Source of the DNA: Candidatus Limisoma gallistercoris | GTDB lineage: Bacteria > Bacteroidota > Bacteroidia > Bacteroidales > Muribaculaceae | Direction: 5' to 3' | Assembly: GCA_018712365.1 (NCBI GenBank) | Contig: DVHD01000113.1 | Span: 1 to 62,085, forward strand | Length of the DNA stretch: 62,085 bases | Shown: positions 19,208 to 26,614 of the stretch, piece after piece | Position numbering within the stretch: the first letter of the stretch is position 1 | Layout: each line of letters opens with the position of its first letter | The notes under the pieces: model-generated | Database searches by the model: none | What the model saw: only the letters and a program-made list of their open reading frames with translations | What the model was told of the DNA's origin: nothing | Made by a program: the position numbers and the translations under genes

Positions 19208-20548
19208 ATGCATACACCACTATTGATAATAGGAGCAGGGCCGGGCGGCTACGAGACCGCCCTCCTTGCCGCCCGGCGCGGTATGGAAACAACCGTCATC
19301 GAGGCCGCTGAAGTGGGCGGCACTTGCCTGAACGCGGGCTGCATCCCCACAAAAGCCCTTTGCCGCAGCGCGGAAATCGCGGAAGAATTCTCGAAAGCCG
19401 GACAATTCGGGTTTACCGCCGAAGGCTGGAAGATGGACTTTCAGGCAGTGATGCGGCGCAAAAACGAGGTTGTCTGCCAGTTGCGCGGCGGGGTGGAGAC
19501 TTTGCTGGACAACCCGAAAACACGTCTCGTAAGGGGCAAGGCACGGTTTACGGACGCGCATACGGTAGAAGCCGGCGGGGAGACTTTTACGGCCGACAAC
19601 ATAATAATAGCTACCGGTTCCGTACCGGCGGCGCTCCCCATCTCAGGCAACGGCTTGCCGGGGGTGCTGACATCCACCGGGCTGCTCGACATCGAGGAGG
19701 TGCCACGTCGGCTGTGCGTGATAGGGGCCGGGGTGATAGGCTTGGAACTGGCGTCGGTGTTCTCGGCGTTCGGCAGTGAGGTTACGGTGCTGGAATATGC
19801 CAAGGAAGTGCTACCGAGGTTTGACACCGACATCGCCAAACGTCTGCGCCAAGCCCTTGGCAAGCGCGGCATAGAAATAGCGACACAGGCGGAAGTGACC
19901 GGTATAACCGCCGGCAACGGGACATTGGCCGTGGCGTATACCCGGAAAGGGAAGGAATGCTCCGCGGAAGCCGACAAGGTGCTGATGGCCGTAGGGCGCA
20001 GGCCTAATCTCGGCTCTTTAAATCTTGACGAAATCGGCATAGCCTACACAAAGAAAGGCATCACGGTGGACGGAGAAATGCGTACCAGCATACCGCATAT
20101 CTACGCGATAGGCGACATCAACGGCATCAATATGCTTGCCCACGTGGCTACGGCACAAGGAGTGAGGGCGTTGAACGCCATTTGCGGCGAAATCGACCGG
20201 ATGCGGCTTGACGTAGTCCCTTCAGCCGTGTTCACGATGCCGGAAGCCGCCACCGTAGGGCTGACCGAGGACGACTGCAAGGAGCGCGGCATCGGCTTCA
20301 ACGTGACGAAATCATTCTTCCGGGCAAACGGAAAGGCTGTGTGCATGGGAGAGACGGAAGGGTTATGCAAACTTGTCAGCGACTCGGATGGCAAGCTGAT
20401 AGGCTGCCACATTCTAGGGGCGCATTCGGCCGACCTCGTACAGGAAGCCGCGGCACTGATTACAGCCGGAGCGGCCATCGACGACCTGAAGCGCACAATC
20501 CACGCCCATCCCACACTTTCGGAAGTGGTACACGCCGCCGCGGAATGA
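19208..20548 (+). CDS. lpdA: Dihydrolipoyl dehydrogenase (L protein)
   Basis: IIGAGPGGY and the redox disulfide GGTCLNAGCIPTKAL. The ATG at 19208 is preferred, but the in-frame GTG at 19199 that overlaps the gcvPB stop is possible. Confidence 0.9.
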   Translation: MHTPLLIIGAGPGGYETALLAARRGMETTVIEAAEVGGTCLNAGCIPTKALCRSAEIAEEFSKAGQFGFTAEGWKMDFQAVMRRKNEVVCQLRGGVETLLDNPKTRLVRGKARFTDAHTVEAGGETFTADNIIIATGSVPAALPISGNGLPGVLTSTGLLDIEEVPRRLCVIGAGVIGLELASVFSAFGSEVTVLEYAKEVLPRFDTDIAKRLRQALGKRGIEIATQAEVTGITAGNGTLAVAYTRKGKECSAEADKVLMAVGRRPNLGSLNLDEIGIAYTKKGITVDGEMRTSIPHIYAIGDINGINMLAHVATAQGVRALNAICGEIDRMRLDVVPSAVFTMPEAATVGLTEDDCKERGIGFNVTKSFFRANGKAVCMGETEGLCKLVSDSDGKLIGCHILGAHSADLVQEAAALITAGAAIDDLKRTIHAHPTLSEVVHAAAE

Positions 20549-20675
20549 CATCAGTCTCTTAAACAGGACAATGGAACGACTTTCTTCAATCCAATCTGTA
20601 GAAAGTTATGCATCAATAGTCCCATACTGGCATAATCGGTGAAGTTGCCAAGCAGCACTAAATCACGTAATTACA

Positions 20676-20721
20676 AAATCATTTCCTGTTTTTGAGGTAA
20701 ATCACTTCCTGTTTTTGAGGT
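20676..20721. repeat. Two tandem copies of a 23-nt unit AAATCAYTTCCTGTTTTTGAGGT
   Basis: aaatcatttcctgtttttgaggt is followed directly by aaatcacttcctgtttttgaggt. A partial AAATCAC lies just upstream at about 20661. Confidence 0.8.
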
Positions 20722-20769
20722 GGATTGGTCTGTGTCGTGGCATCAGCGAGGCTGGAGATATTCCGTATT

Positions 20770-20948
20770 GCGGCTGAAGTCGCCGGTTAAGGGTTATTGG
20801 TTATGGAGTGCGACCGCTATGCGGCCGGAGTGCTGGGTGATGTTGTTCCCCAAGCTGCGCTCCGCTCGCATGGGGTCTTCTGAAGTGTTGCAGCTACGCT
20901 GCAAGTTAAGGTATGGGCTATGAGTTATGTGGTGCGGCCGCTGTGCGG
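20770..20948. repeat. Composite intergenic repeat (short hairpin + GGTTAT run + Y module + hairpin)
   Basis: Contains GGGTTATTGGTTATGG, GTGCGACCGCTATGCGGCC, the hairpin CCCCAAGCTGCGCTCCGCTCGCATGGGG (20848-20875) and TTGCAGCTACGCTGCAA (20888-20904). All of these recur elsewhere in the window. Confidence 0.7.
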
Positions 20949-21038
20949 TTTTTGTATGACAGTTTCCCGTCCGCCATCGTACTTCTTGATGGAGGGATTA
21001 AAAAATCTGAAAACGTCGCGGATACGGAAAAAATTGCG

Positions 21039-21046
21039 TAACTTTG
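21039..21046 (+). promoter_or_regulatory. -7 box TAACTTTG for the endonuclease I gene
   Basis: Exact TAnnTTTG match 25 nt upstream of the ATG at 21071. Confidence 0.5.
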
Positions 21047-21070
21047 CAAATTATAGTCAATTAACAGGAT

Positions 21071-22756
21071 ATGTCGAGAGTTTACAGATTGTTCGTGGCA
21101 GTTGCGGTATGCGCTGCCGCTGGGTTTGCAGCCGTAGCGGAAATTCCCGCCGGGTATTACGACGGAATAGAGGGCTTGACTACTTCGGCTCTTAAGACCA
21201 AATTGCACGAGATAATACGCAACCACAGCACCAACAGCTATAACGGGTTGTTTTCAAAGTCGTTCATTTATACTGATGTGCGTGAAGACGGTACGTGGTG
21301 GGACATGTATTCCGACATAGACAGGTATGTGCGCGTCAACGGTCGAGTGGACTGGGACGGCATGAACCGTGAGCACAGTTTCCCGAAAAGCTGGTGGGGA
21401 GGGGCTACAAATGTCCCGGAATACACTGATTTGAACCATCTCTATCCGGCCGACGGCGACGCGAATATGAAAAAAAGCAATTACCCCCTCGGGGAGGTTG
21501 ACCCGTCGGGAGTGACTTTCGACAATGGAGTGAGTACGGTAGGGCGGCCTGTGAGCGGGCAAGGCGGCGGTGCGACGCGCGTCTTCGAGCCGGCCGACGA
21601 GTATAAAGGCGATTTCGCCCGGACATATTTCTATATGGTGACGTGCTATCAGGACGACACTTGGAAATACCAGTATATGGCTGCGCAAGGGACATATCCC
21701 ACGCTGCAAGGCTGGGCGATTGACCTGCTGCTGGAATGGCACCGCGAAGACCCGGTGTCGCAGAAGGAGATAGACCGCAACGACGCGGTGTTCGGCCTTC
21801 AAAGCAACCGCAACCCGTTCATCGACTTTCCGGAGATAGCGGAATACATCTGGGGCGACATGAAAGGCCAGCCGTTCGTGTCGGGCGAACTGCCGCCGAT
21901 AGGCGAGGGAGTGCTGGTCACTCCGCAGAACAATTCTACGGTGGATTTCGGCAGCGTAGTGAAAGGGAAAACCAGTACGGTTACATTGCCGATAAAAGGC
22001 ACTGTCACGGCCGACTTGTCGCTCACGGTGACAGGAACCAGCGATTTTTCGATACCTGTCAAGAGCGTCGACTGGAGGGAAATCAACAGCAACGAAGGCT
22101 ACAATCTTGAAATAAAGTACACTCCGAAATCCATCGGCGCCAGCGAGGCGATGCTGCTGCTTTTCGACGGTGGGCTTCAAGGCGTGACAAGCTACAGCAT
22201 AACGCTCCGCGGCAACGCAGTGGAAATGCCGGTGTTCGACCGTCCGGTAGCCACTGAAGCTACCAATCTGTCGCCGGCAGGATTCAGGGCAAACTGGATT
22301 ACGCCGTCGAATCCTGAAGTAATCGACTATTACATTGTGAATTTCTCGGAATACGTCAACGGCTCGCGCCGCGACTTCTCGCTTTCGACCGATGACGATA
22401 CCCCATATCTTGATTTCAACGAGGCCGTGAGCGGGGCCAACTACAGCTACACCGTGCAGTCGGTGCGCTATGGCGAAAAGTCGCAGGAATCGAACGTTGT
22501 CAACGTGTCGCTCTCCGCTGGAATCTCGGAGCTGAATGGCGGTGGAAAAGGGTTCTCGGCATTCTCCACCGGGGGAGGCGTCAAGATAGAATGCAATGCG
22601 CGGCATACAGGGATAAAAGTGTGCAACCTGCAAGGAGTCAACGTTATAACCATTCCGGAACTCGACGGCGCAACGACAGTGGCTCTGCAACCGGGGGCAT
22701 ATCTTATCTACAGTGACCAATGCCGTCGTCCGGTGAAAGTGATGGCAGGTTTTTGA
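21071..22756 (+). CDS. Secreted endonuclease I family nuclease with Ig/FN3-like middle domains and a T9SS C-terminal sorting domain
   Basis: Signal peptide MSRVYRLFVAVAVCAAAGFAAVA. Endonuclease_1 motifs NREHSFPKSWWGG and DLNHLYPADGDANMKKSN. The C-terminal ~80 aa (GVKIECNARHTGIKVCNLQGVNV...YLIYSDQCRRPVKVMAGF) resembles a Por/T9SS C-terminal domain. Confidence 0.85.
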   Translation: MSRVYRLFVAVAVCAAAGFAAVAEIPAGYYDGIEGLTTSALKTKLHEIIRNHSTNSYNGLFSKSFIYTDVREDGTWWDMYSDIDRYVRVNGRVDWDGMNREHSFPKSWWGGATNVPEYTDLNHLYPADGDANMKKSNYPLGEVDPSGVTFDNGVSTVGRPVSGQGGGATRVFEPADEYKGDFARTYFYMVTCYQDDTWKYQYMAAQGTYPTLQGWAIDLLLEWHREDPVSQKEIDRNDAVFGLQSNRNPFIDFPEIAEYIWGDMKGQPFVSGELPPIGEGVLVTPQNNSTVDFGSVVKGKTSTVTLPIKGTVTADLSLTVTGTSDFSIPVKSVDWREINSNEGYNLEIKYTPKSIGASEAMLLLFDGGLQGVTSYSITLRGNAVEMPVFDRPVATEATNLSPAGFRANWITPSNPEVIDYYIVNFSEYVNGSRRDFSLSTDDDTPYLDFNEAVSGANYSYTVQSVRYGEKSQESNVVNVSLSAGISELNGGGKGFSAFSTGGGVKIECNARHTGIKVCNLQGVNVITIPELDGATTVALQPGAYLIYSDQCRRPVKVMAGF

Positions 22757-22789
22757 CCGCGTTTTTTTGAGAAGAAACAAAAAAAGTAG

Positions 22790-22797
22790 TATCTTTG
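22790..22797 (+). promoter_or_regulatory. -7 box TATCTTTG for gyrB
   Basis: Exact TAnnTTTG match 75 nt upstream of the gyrB ATG. Confidence 0.5.
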
Positions 22798-22871
22798 TAT
22801 GCTTTATTGCGATGCGCCGCGGCCACATCACGGCCGCGGCATTCTACCGCAAAAAAGATAAATAACAGATT

Positions 22872-24815
22872 ATGGCAGAACAAGAAAATTATAGTGCGAG
22901 CAACATTCAGGTGCTCGAAGGTTTGGAAGCTGTGCGCAAACGCCCGGCAATGTATATAGGGGACACCGGTCCCAAAGGTTTGCACCATCTGGTTTATGAA
23001 GTAGTAGACAATTCAATCGACGAGGCTCTCGCCGGATATGCCACACACATAGAAGTGACAATCGGGGAAGACAATTCAATCACGGTTGTCGACAACGGCC
23101 GCGGTATTCCGGTGGACAAGCACGAGAAACTTCACAAATCGGCGTTGGAGGTTGTAATGACAGTGCTGCATGCAGGCGGTAAGTTCGACAAAGGCTCATA
23201 TAAAGTGTCGGGAGGATTGCACGGCGTGGGCGTGTCGTGCGTGAACGCGCTTTCTTCGTACCTGCGCGCCGAAGTGCGCCGCGACGGGCATGTCTATATG
23301 CAGGAATATGCCTACGGGCATCCGAAAGGCCCTGTCGAGAAAATAGGCGACACCGACGAGACCGGCACAAAGGTGATGTTCAAGCCCGACCCTACCATCT
23401 TCACGGAAACCACAGTCTATAATTACGACACTCTTGCCAAACGGTTGCGCTACCTTGCGTTCCTTAACGCCGGGATACACCTGACACTCACCGATATGCG
23501 CGAGAAAGACGCGGAAGGTAACCCTAAGAGGGAAGTGTTCCACTCGGAAGAGGGATTGAAGGAATTCGTGCGCTACATCGACGCCAATAAAGAGCATCTG
23601 ATAGACGACATCATATACATCAGCACCGAGCGTCAGGGAATACCTGTGGAGGTGGCGCTGACTTATAACACTTCGTTCAACGAAAATGTATTCTCGTTTG
23701 TCAACAACATTGATACGGTAGAGGGCGGTACGCATGTCACAGGCTTCCGCCGCGGATTGACCTCCACTCTGAAAAAATATGCGGAGGACGCAAAAATGCT
23801 CGAAAAACTGAAAATCGACATTTCGAGCGACGATTTCCGCCAAGGTCTTACTGCCGTGATTTCCGTGAAAGTGATGGAGCCGCAGTTCGAGGGCCAGACA
23901 AAGACGAAATTAGGCAACAACGAAGTAATCGGAGCTGTGCAGACAGCCGTAAGCGAGACTCTGAAGAACTACTTGGAGGAGCATCCCCGCCAAGCCAAGA
24001 CCATCGTCGACAAGGTGGTGCTCGCCGCTACAGCCCGCCATGCGGCCGAGAAAGCCCGCCAGCAGGTGCAGCGCAAGTCGCCGCTTTCGGGCGGAGGTCT
24101 TCCGGGCAAGCTGACCGACTGTTCGTCGCGTGTGGCCGAGGATTGCGAGCTGTTCCTCGTCGAGGGTGACTCGGCAGGCGGTTCGGCAAAACAGGGCCGC
24201 GACCCGAAATACCAGGCCATCCTTCCGTTGCGCGGTAAAATACTCAACGTGGAGAAGGCGATGGAGCACAAAGTGTTCGACAGTCAAGAGATTACCAACA
24301 TATTCAAGGCATTAGGCGTTACAATCGGCACGCCGGAAGACAGCACAGCGCCCAACATCAGCAAGCTGCGCTACCACAAAATCATCATCATGACCGATGC
24401 CGATGTCGACGGAGCGCACATATCGACGCTGCTGATGACATTGTTCTTCCGCCGTATGCGCCCGATAATCGAAAACGGCTACCTCTACCTTGCCACTCCG
24501 CCGCTTTACAAATGCAGCCGCGGCGACAAGGAACGTTATTGCTGGGACGACAAGCAACTGAACGACGCGATAATGGAACTTGGCAAAGGCGACGAGAAAA
24601 ACGTGAAAGTGCAACGCTATAAAGGTCTTGGAGAGATGAACGCCGAGCAGCTTTGGGAAACTACCATGGATCCGGAAAACCGCATCCTGAAACAGGTTAC
24701 TATGTCGGATGTGGCCGACTGCGACCGCATATTCTCGATGCTGATGGGCGAGGACGTGGCACCGCGCCGCGAGTTCATCGAGACCAACGCACTGCGTGCA
24801 GCCATCGACGCTTAG
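22872..24815 (+). CDS. gyrB: DNA gyrase subunit B
   Basis: YSASNIQVLEGLEAVRKRPAMYIGDT, the GHKL ATPase region, Toprim motif ELFLVEGDSAGGSAKQGRD and IMTDADVDGAHI. Confidence 0.98.
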   Translation: MAEQENYSASNIQVLEGLEAVRKRPAMYIGDTGPKGLHHLVYEVVDNSIDEALAGYATHIEVTIGEDNSITVVDNGRGIPVDKHEKLHKSALEVVMTVLHAGGKFDKGSYKVSGGLHGVGVSCVNALSSYLRAEVRRDGHVYMQEYAYGHPKGPVEKIGDTDETGTKVMFKPDPTIFTETTVYNYDTLAKRLRYLAFLNAGIHLTLTDMREKDAEGNPKREVFHSEEGLKEFVRYIDANKEHLIDDIIYISTERQGIPVEVALTYNTSFNENVFSFVNNIDTVEGGTHVTGFRRGLTSTLKKYAEDAKMLEKLKIDISSDDFRQGLTAVISVKVMEPQFEGQTKTKLGNNEVIGAVQTAVSETLKNYLEEHPRQAKTIVDKVVLAATARHAAEKARQQVQRKSPLSGGGLPGKLTDCSSRVAEDCELFLVEGDSAGGSAKQGRDPKYQAILPLRGKILNVEKAMEHKVFDSQEITNIFKALGVTIGTPEDSTAPNISKLRYHKIIIMTDADVDGAHISTLLMTLFFRRMRPIIENGYLYLATPPLYKCSRGDKERYCWDDKQLNDAIMELGKGDEKNVKVQRYKGLGEMNAEQLWETTMDPENRILKQVTMSDVADCDRIFSMLMGEDVAPRREFIETNALRAAIDA

Positions 24816-24865
24816 CTGTGGAGCGGACGTGCCGTCCGCAGGTTCAGGTTATTGGTTAAAGGTTA

Positions 24866-24907
24866 AAAGGTCAGGGGTTACTGTCGTGTAGCCCCTGACC
24901 TTTTTTT
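24866..24907 (+). terminator. Rho-independent terminator after gyrB
   Basis: Hairpin GGTCAGGGG-14 nt-CCCCTGACC followed by TTTTTTT. Confidence 0.8.
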
Positions 24908-24934
24908 CACCGGCTATTTTACGGATGCCGTTTT

Positions 24935-25531
24935 TTACGCTTCAATTCTGTATAACTCTAATGTCAAATACATTCTTCTTGTCGGCAAAGCGATATCGGT
25001 GTCCGTCTGGTACAAAAAGCCATATCTCGAATAAAATTTATTAGCACGTTTATCTTCACTATTTAAGGAGTCCACGGTTATGAACTGACATCCTGTTATG
25101 TCGTAGGAAATAAAAGTATTTGTGACGAAATCTAAAATTTGTTCTCCTACTCCCTTTGACTGCATATCTTTCCTTACACCGAGATGACCTATATTAATGG
25201 CGGGAAATGATGTTTGGCTGCGGAATATCGGTATATACTCATCATTAAATCTCGAAGAAGATTGTTGGATGAATTCTTCTTTATCGTCAGAATTGTCAAT
25301 AATCATAGCATCGTTTGACAAGGTAAATATCGCAATGATTTCCCCGGTATCAACTTTTCTTGCACAATAAGATGAAAAATAATGATATTTTGAACAAAGA
25401 AAGATGTCGTTATGAAAGAAGTCATCCAATTTATCAACACCACAAGAAAAAGAGGACAACTCTTCGCGGTCCTCTTCATTAAGTCTTGTTATGGATATCT
25501 CAATATCCGAGAATCGGGTTTTTGCCGCCAT
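24935..25531 (-). CDS. GNAT acetyltransferase resembling TacT/AtaT/KacT-type toxins
   Basis: N-terminal FSCGVDKLDDFF motif (the F-x-C-G...L..F pattern of DUF1778-associated GNAT toxins). Acetyl-CoA motif A is HLGVRKDMQSKGVGEQIL, with NKFYSRYGF near the C-terminus. Very AT-rich. The start could be 25531 or 25552. Confidence 0.75.
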   Translation of the reverse strand: MAAKTRFSDIEISITRLNEEDREELSSFSCGVDKLDDFFHNDIFLCSKYHYFSSYCARKVDTGEIIAIFTLSNDAMIIDNSDDKEEFIQQSSSRFNDEYIPIFRSQTSFPAINIGHLGVRKDMQSKGVGEQILDFVTNTFISYDITGCQFITVDSLNSEDKRANKFYSRYGFLYQTDTDIALPTRRMYLTLELYRIEA

Positions 25532-25697
25532 TATTGCGCAGGATTCTTTCATAAACGTTCTTCATCCTATTCTGTCTTCTTTTAATTTCAGACAGTTGAA
25601 ATGGCGTCATATCTTTAGATACACACCTCTCAAAATTCTTTCTGAATAGCTTGACATCATTTGCTGTCATTTTCGGATTAGAAACTGTATGTATCAT
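25500..25697 (-). CDS. Small 65-aa ORF upstream of and overlapping the GNAT gene; candidate antitoxin
   Basis: Same strand as the GNAT gene, overlapping its start by 32-53 nt. It is preceded by a promoter box and has no recognisable family by eye. Confidence 0.45.
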   Translation of the reverse strand: MIHTVSNPKMTANDVKLFRKNFERCVSKDMTPFQLSEIKRRQNRMKNVYERILRNNGGKNPILGY

Positions 25698-25730
25698 CTT
25701 AATTTGCTTATTGATTAGTTTTTACTAAGA

Positions 25731-25738
25731 CAAAATTA
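25731..25738 (-). promoter_or_regulatory. -7 box TAATTTTG for the small-ORF/GNAT pair
   Basis: Reverse complement of caaaatta matches TAnnTTTG, 34 nt upstream of the ATG at 25697. Confidence 0.45.
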
Positions 25739-25830
25739 CACAACTCTTTTGAATAAGAAATACATCGTAGTTGTTAACTTTTTTAATTTTATGGTTTTTA
25801 ACTATTTTTGCAGGTGACGGCATAATTGAG

Positions 25831-25838
25831 TATTTTTG
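25831..25838 (+). promoter_or_regulatory. -7 box TATTTTTG for vsr
   Basis: Exact TAnnTTTG match 25 nt upstream of the ATG at 25863. A second identical box is at 25803-25810. Confidence 0.45.
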
Positions 25839-25862
25839 CTATCGTAGAAAACCGAAGAAGGC

Positions 25863-26378
25863 ATGGGCGACGTGATGACACCGGAGCAGCGGCATAAGTG
25901 CATGGCAAGAATCCGCAGCAAGAACACCAAACCGGAAATAATGGTGCGGAAATACCTGTTTGCCCGCGGTTTCCGCTACCGCAAGAACGTGCGGCGGCTG
26001 CCGGGAACGCCTGACATTGTGCTCAGGAAATACCGCACGGTGATATTCGTGAACGGTTGTTTCTGGCACGGACACGAGGGATGCCGCTACAGCCATCTGC
26101 CGAAATCGAACGTGGAGTTCTGGCGCAACAAGATAGAGCGTAACAAGAAGCGCGACCTGAGGGAACGTGTCGAATTGCGCCGTATGGGGTGGCACGTCAT
26201 TCAAGTGTGGGAATGCCAATTGAAGCCGAAAGAGAGGGAAATGACACTGCGGAGCATCGAACAGGCATTGTATGAAATCTACCTGCAGGACCGTGCGCCG
26301 CGCAAACCTTATGCCTATCCTGCAGCCGACGCGCCGGCATGCGCTGCCGAGCCTGAAACGGAATACGGCCGCAAATAA
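25863..26378 (+). CDS. vsr: Very short patch repair endonuclease
   Basis: RSKNTKPEIMVRKYLFARGFRYRKNVRRLPGTPDIVLRKYRTVIFVNGCFWHGH is the canonical Vsr core. Confidence 0.9.
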   Translation: MGDVMTPEQRHKCMARIRSKNTKPEIMVRKYLFARGFRYRKNVRRLPGTPDIVLRKYRTVIFVNGCFWHGHEGCRYSHLPKSNVEFWRNKIERNKKRDLRERVELRRMGWHVIQVWECQLKPKEREMTLRSIEQALYEIYLQDRAPRKPYAYPAADAPACAAEPETEYGRK

Positions 26379-26416
26379 TACGCCTGTTACACTCAATATA
26401 CATCGAATAGGAGATA

Positions 26417-26508
26417 GGTGGTGCAGAGCTGCATCACCCCAAGCTGCGCTCCGATTGCATGGGGTTAAAGCTGTGCCGCCGCTTTGCGGCTTTTGCGGTG
26501 CGGTGATG
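26417..26508. repeat. Y-module intergenic repeat
   Basis: Contains the hairpin CCCCAAGCTGCGCTCCGATTGCATGGGG (26437-26464) and GTGCCGCCGCTTTGCGGC, as in the copies at 20.8 kb and 33.4 kb. Confidence 0.6.
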
Positions 26509-26568
26509 TTTTTTGATTTGGACGGTTCTTTTTAGTGTAAATTGATTGGGAAATAGTATTATTTATTA

Positions 26569-26576
26569 TAACTTTG
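26569..26576 (+). promoter_or_regulatory. -7 box TAACTTTG for the LRR lipoprotein gene
   Basis: Exact TAnnTTTG match 39 nt upstream of the ATG at 26615. Confidence 0.5.
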
Positions 26577-26614
26577 TAAAGTTGCCGGAATAAACCGTAA
26601 AAATCTCGTATCAT

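Noticed and set aside
21254-22831. 525-aa ORF antisense to the endonuclease I gene
   Set aside because: It is long only because the sense gene is GC-rich. It is R/H-rich with no domain motif, whereas the sense strand has a signal peptide, catalytic motifs, a T9SS C-terminal domain and a promoter box.
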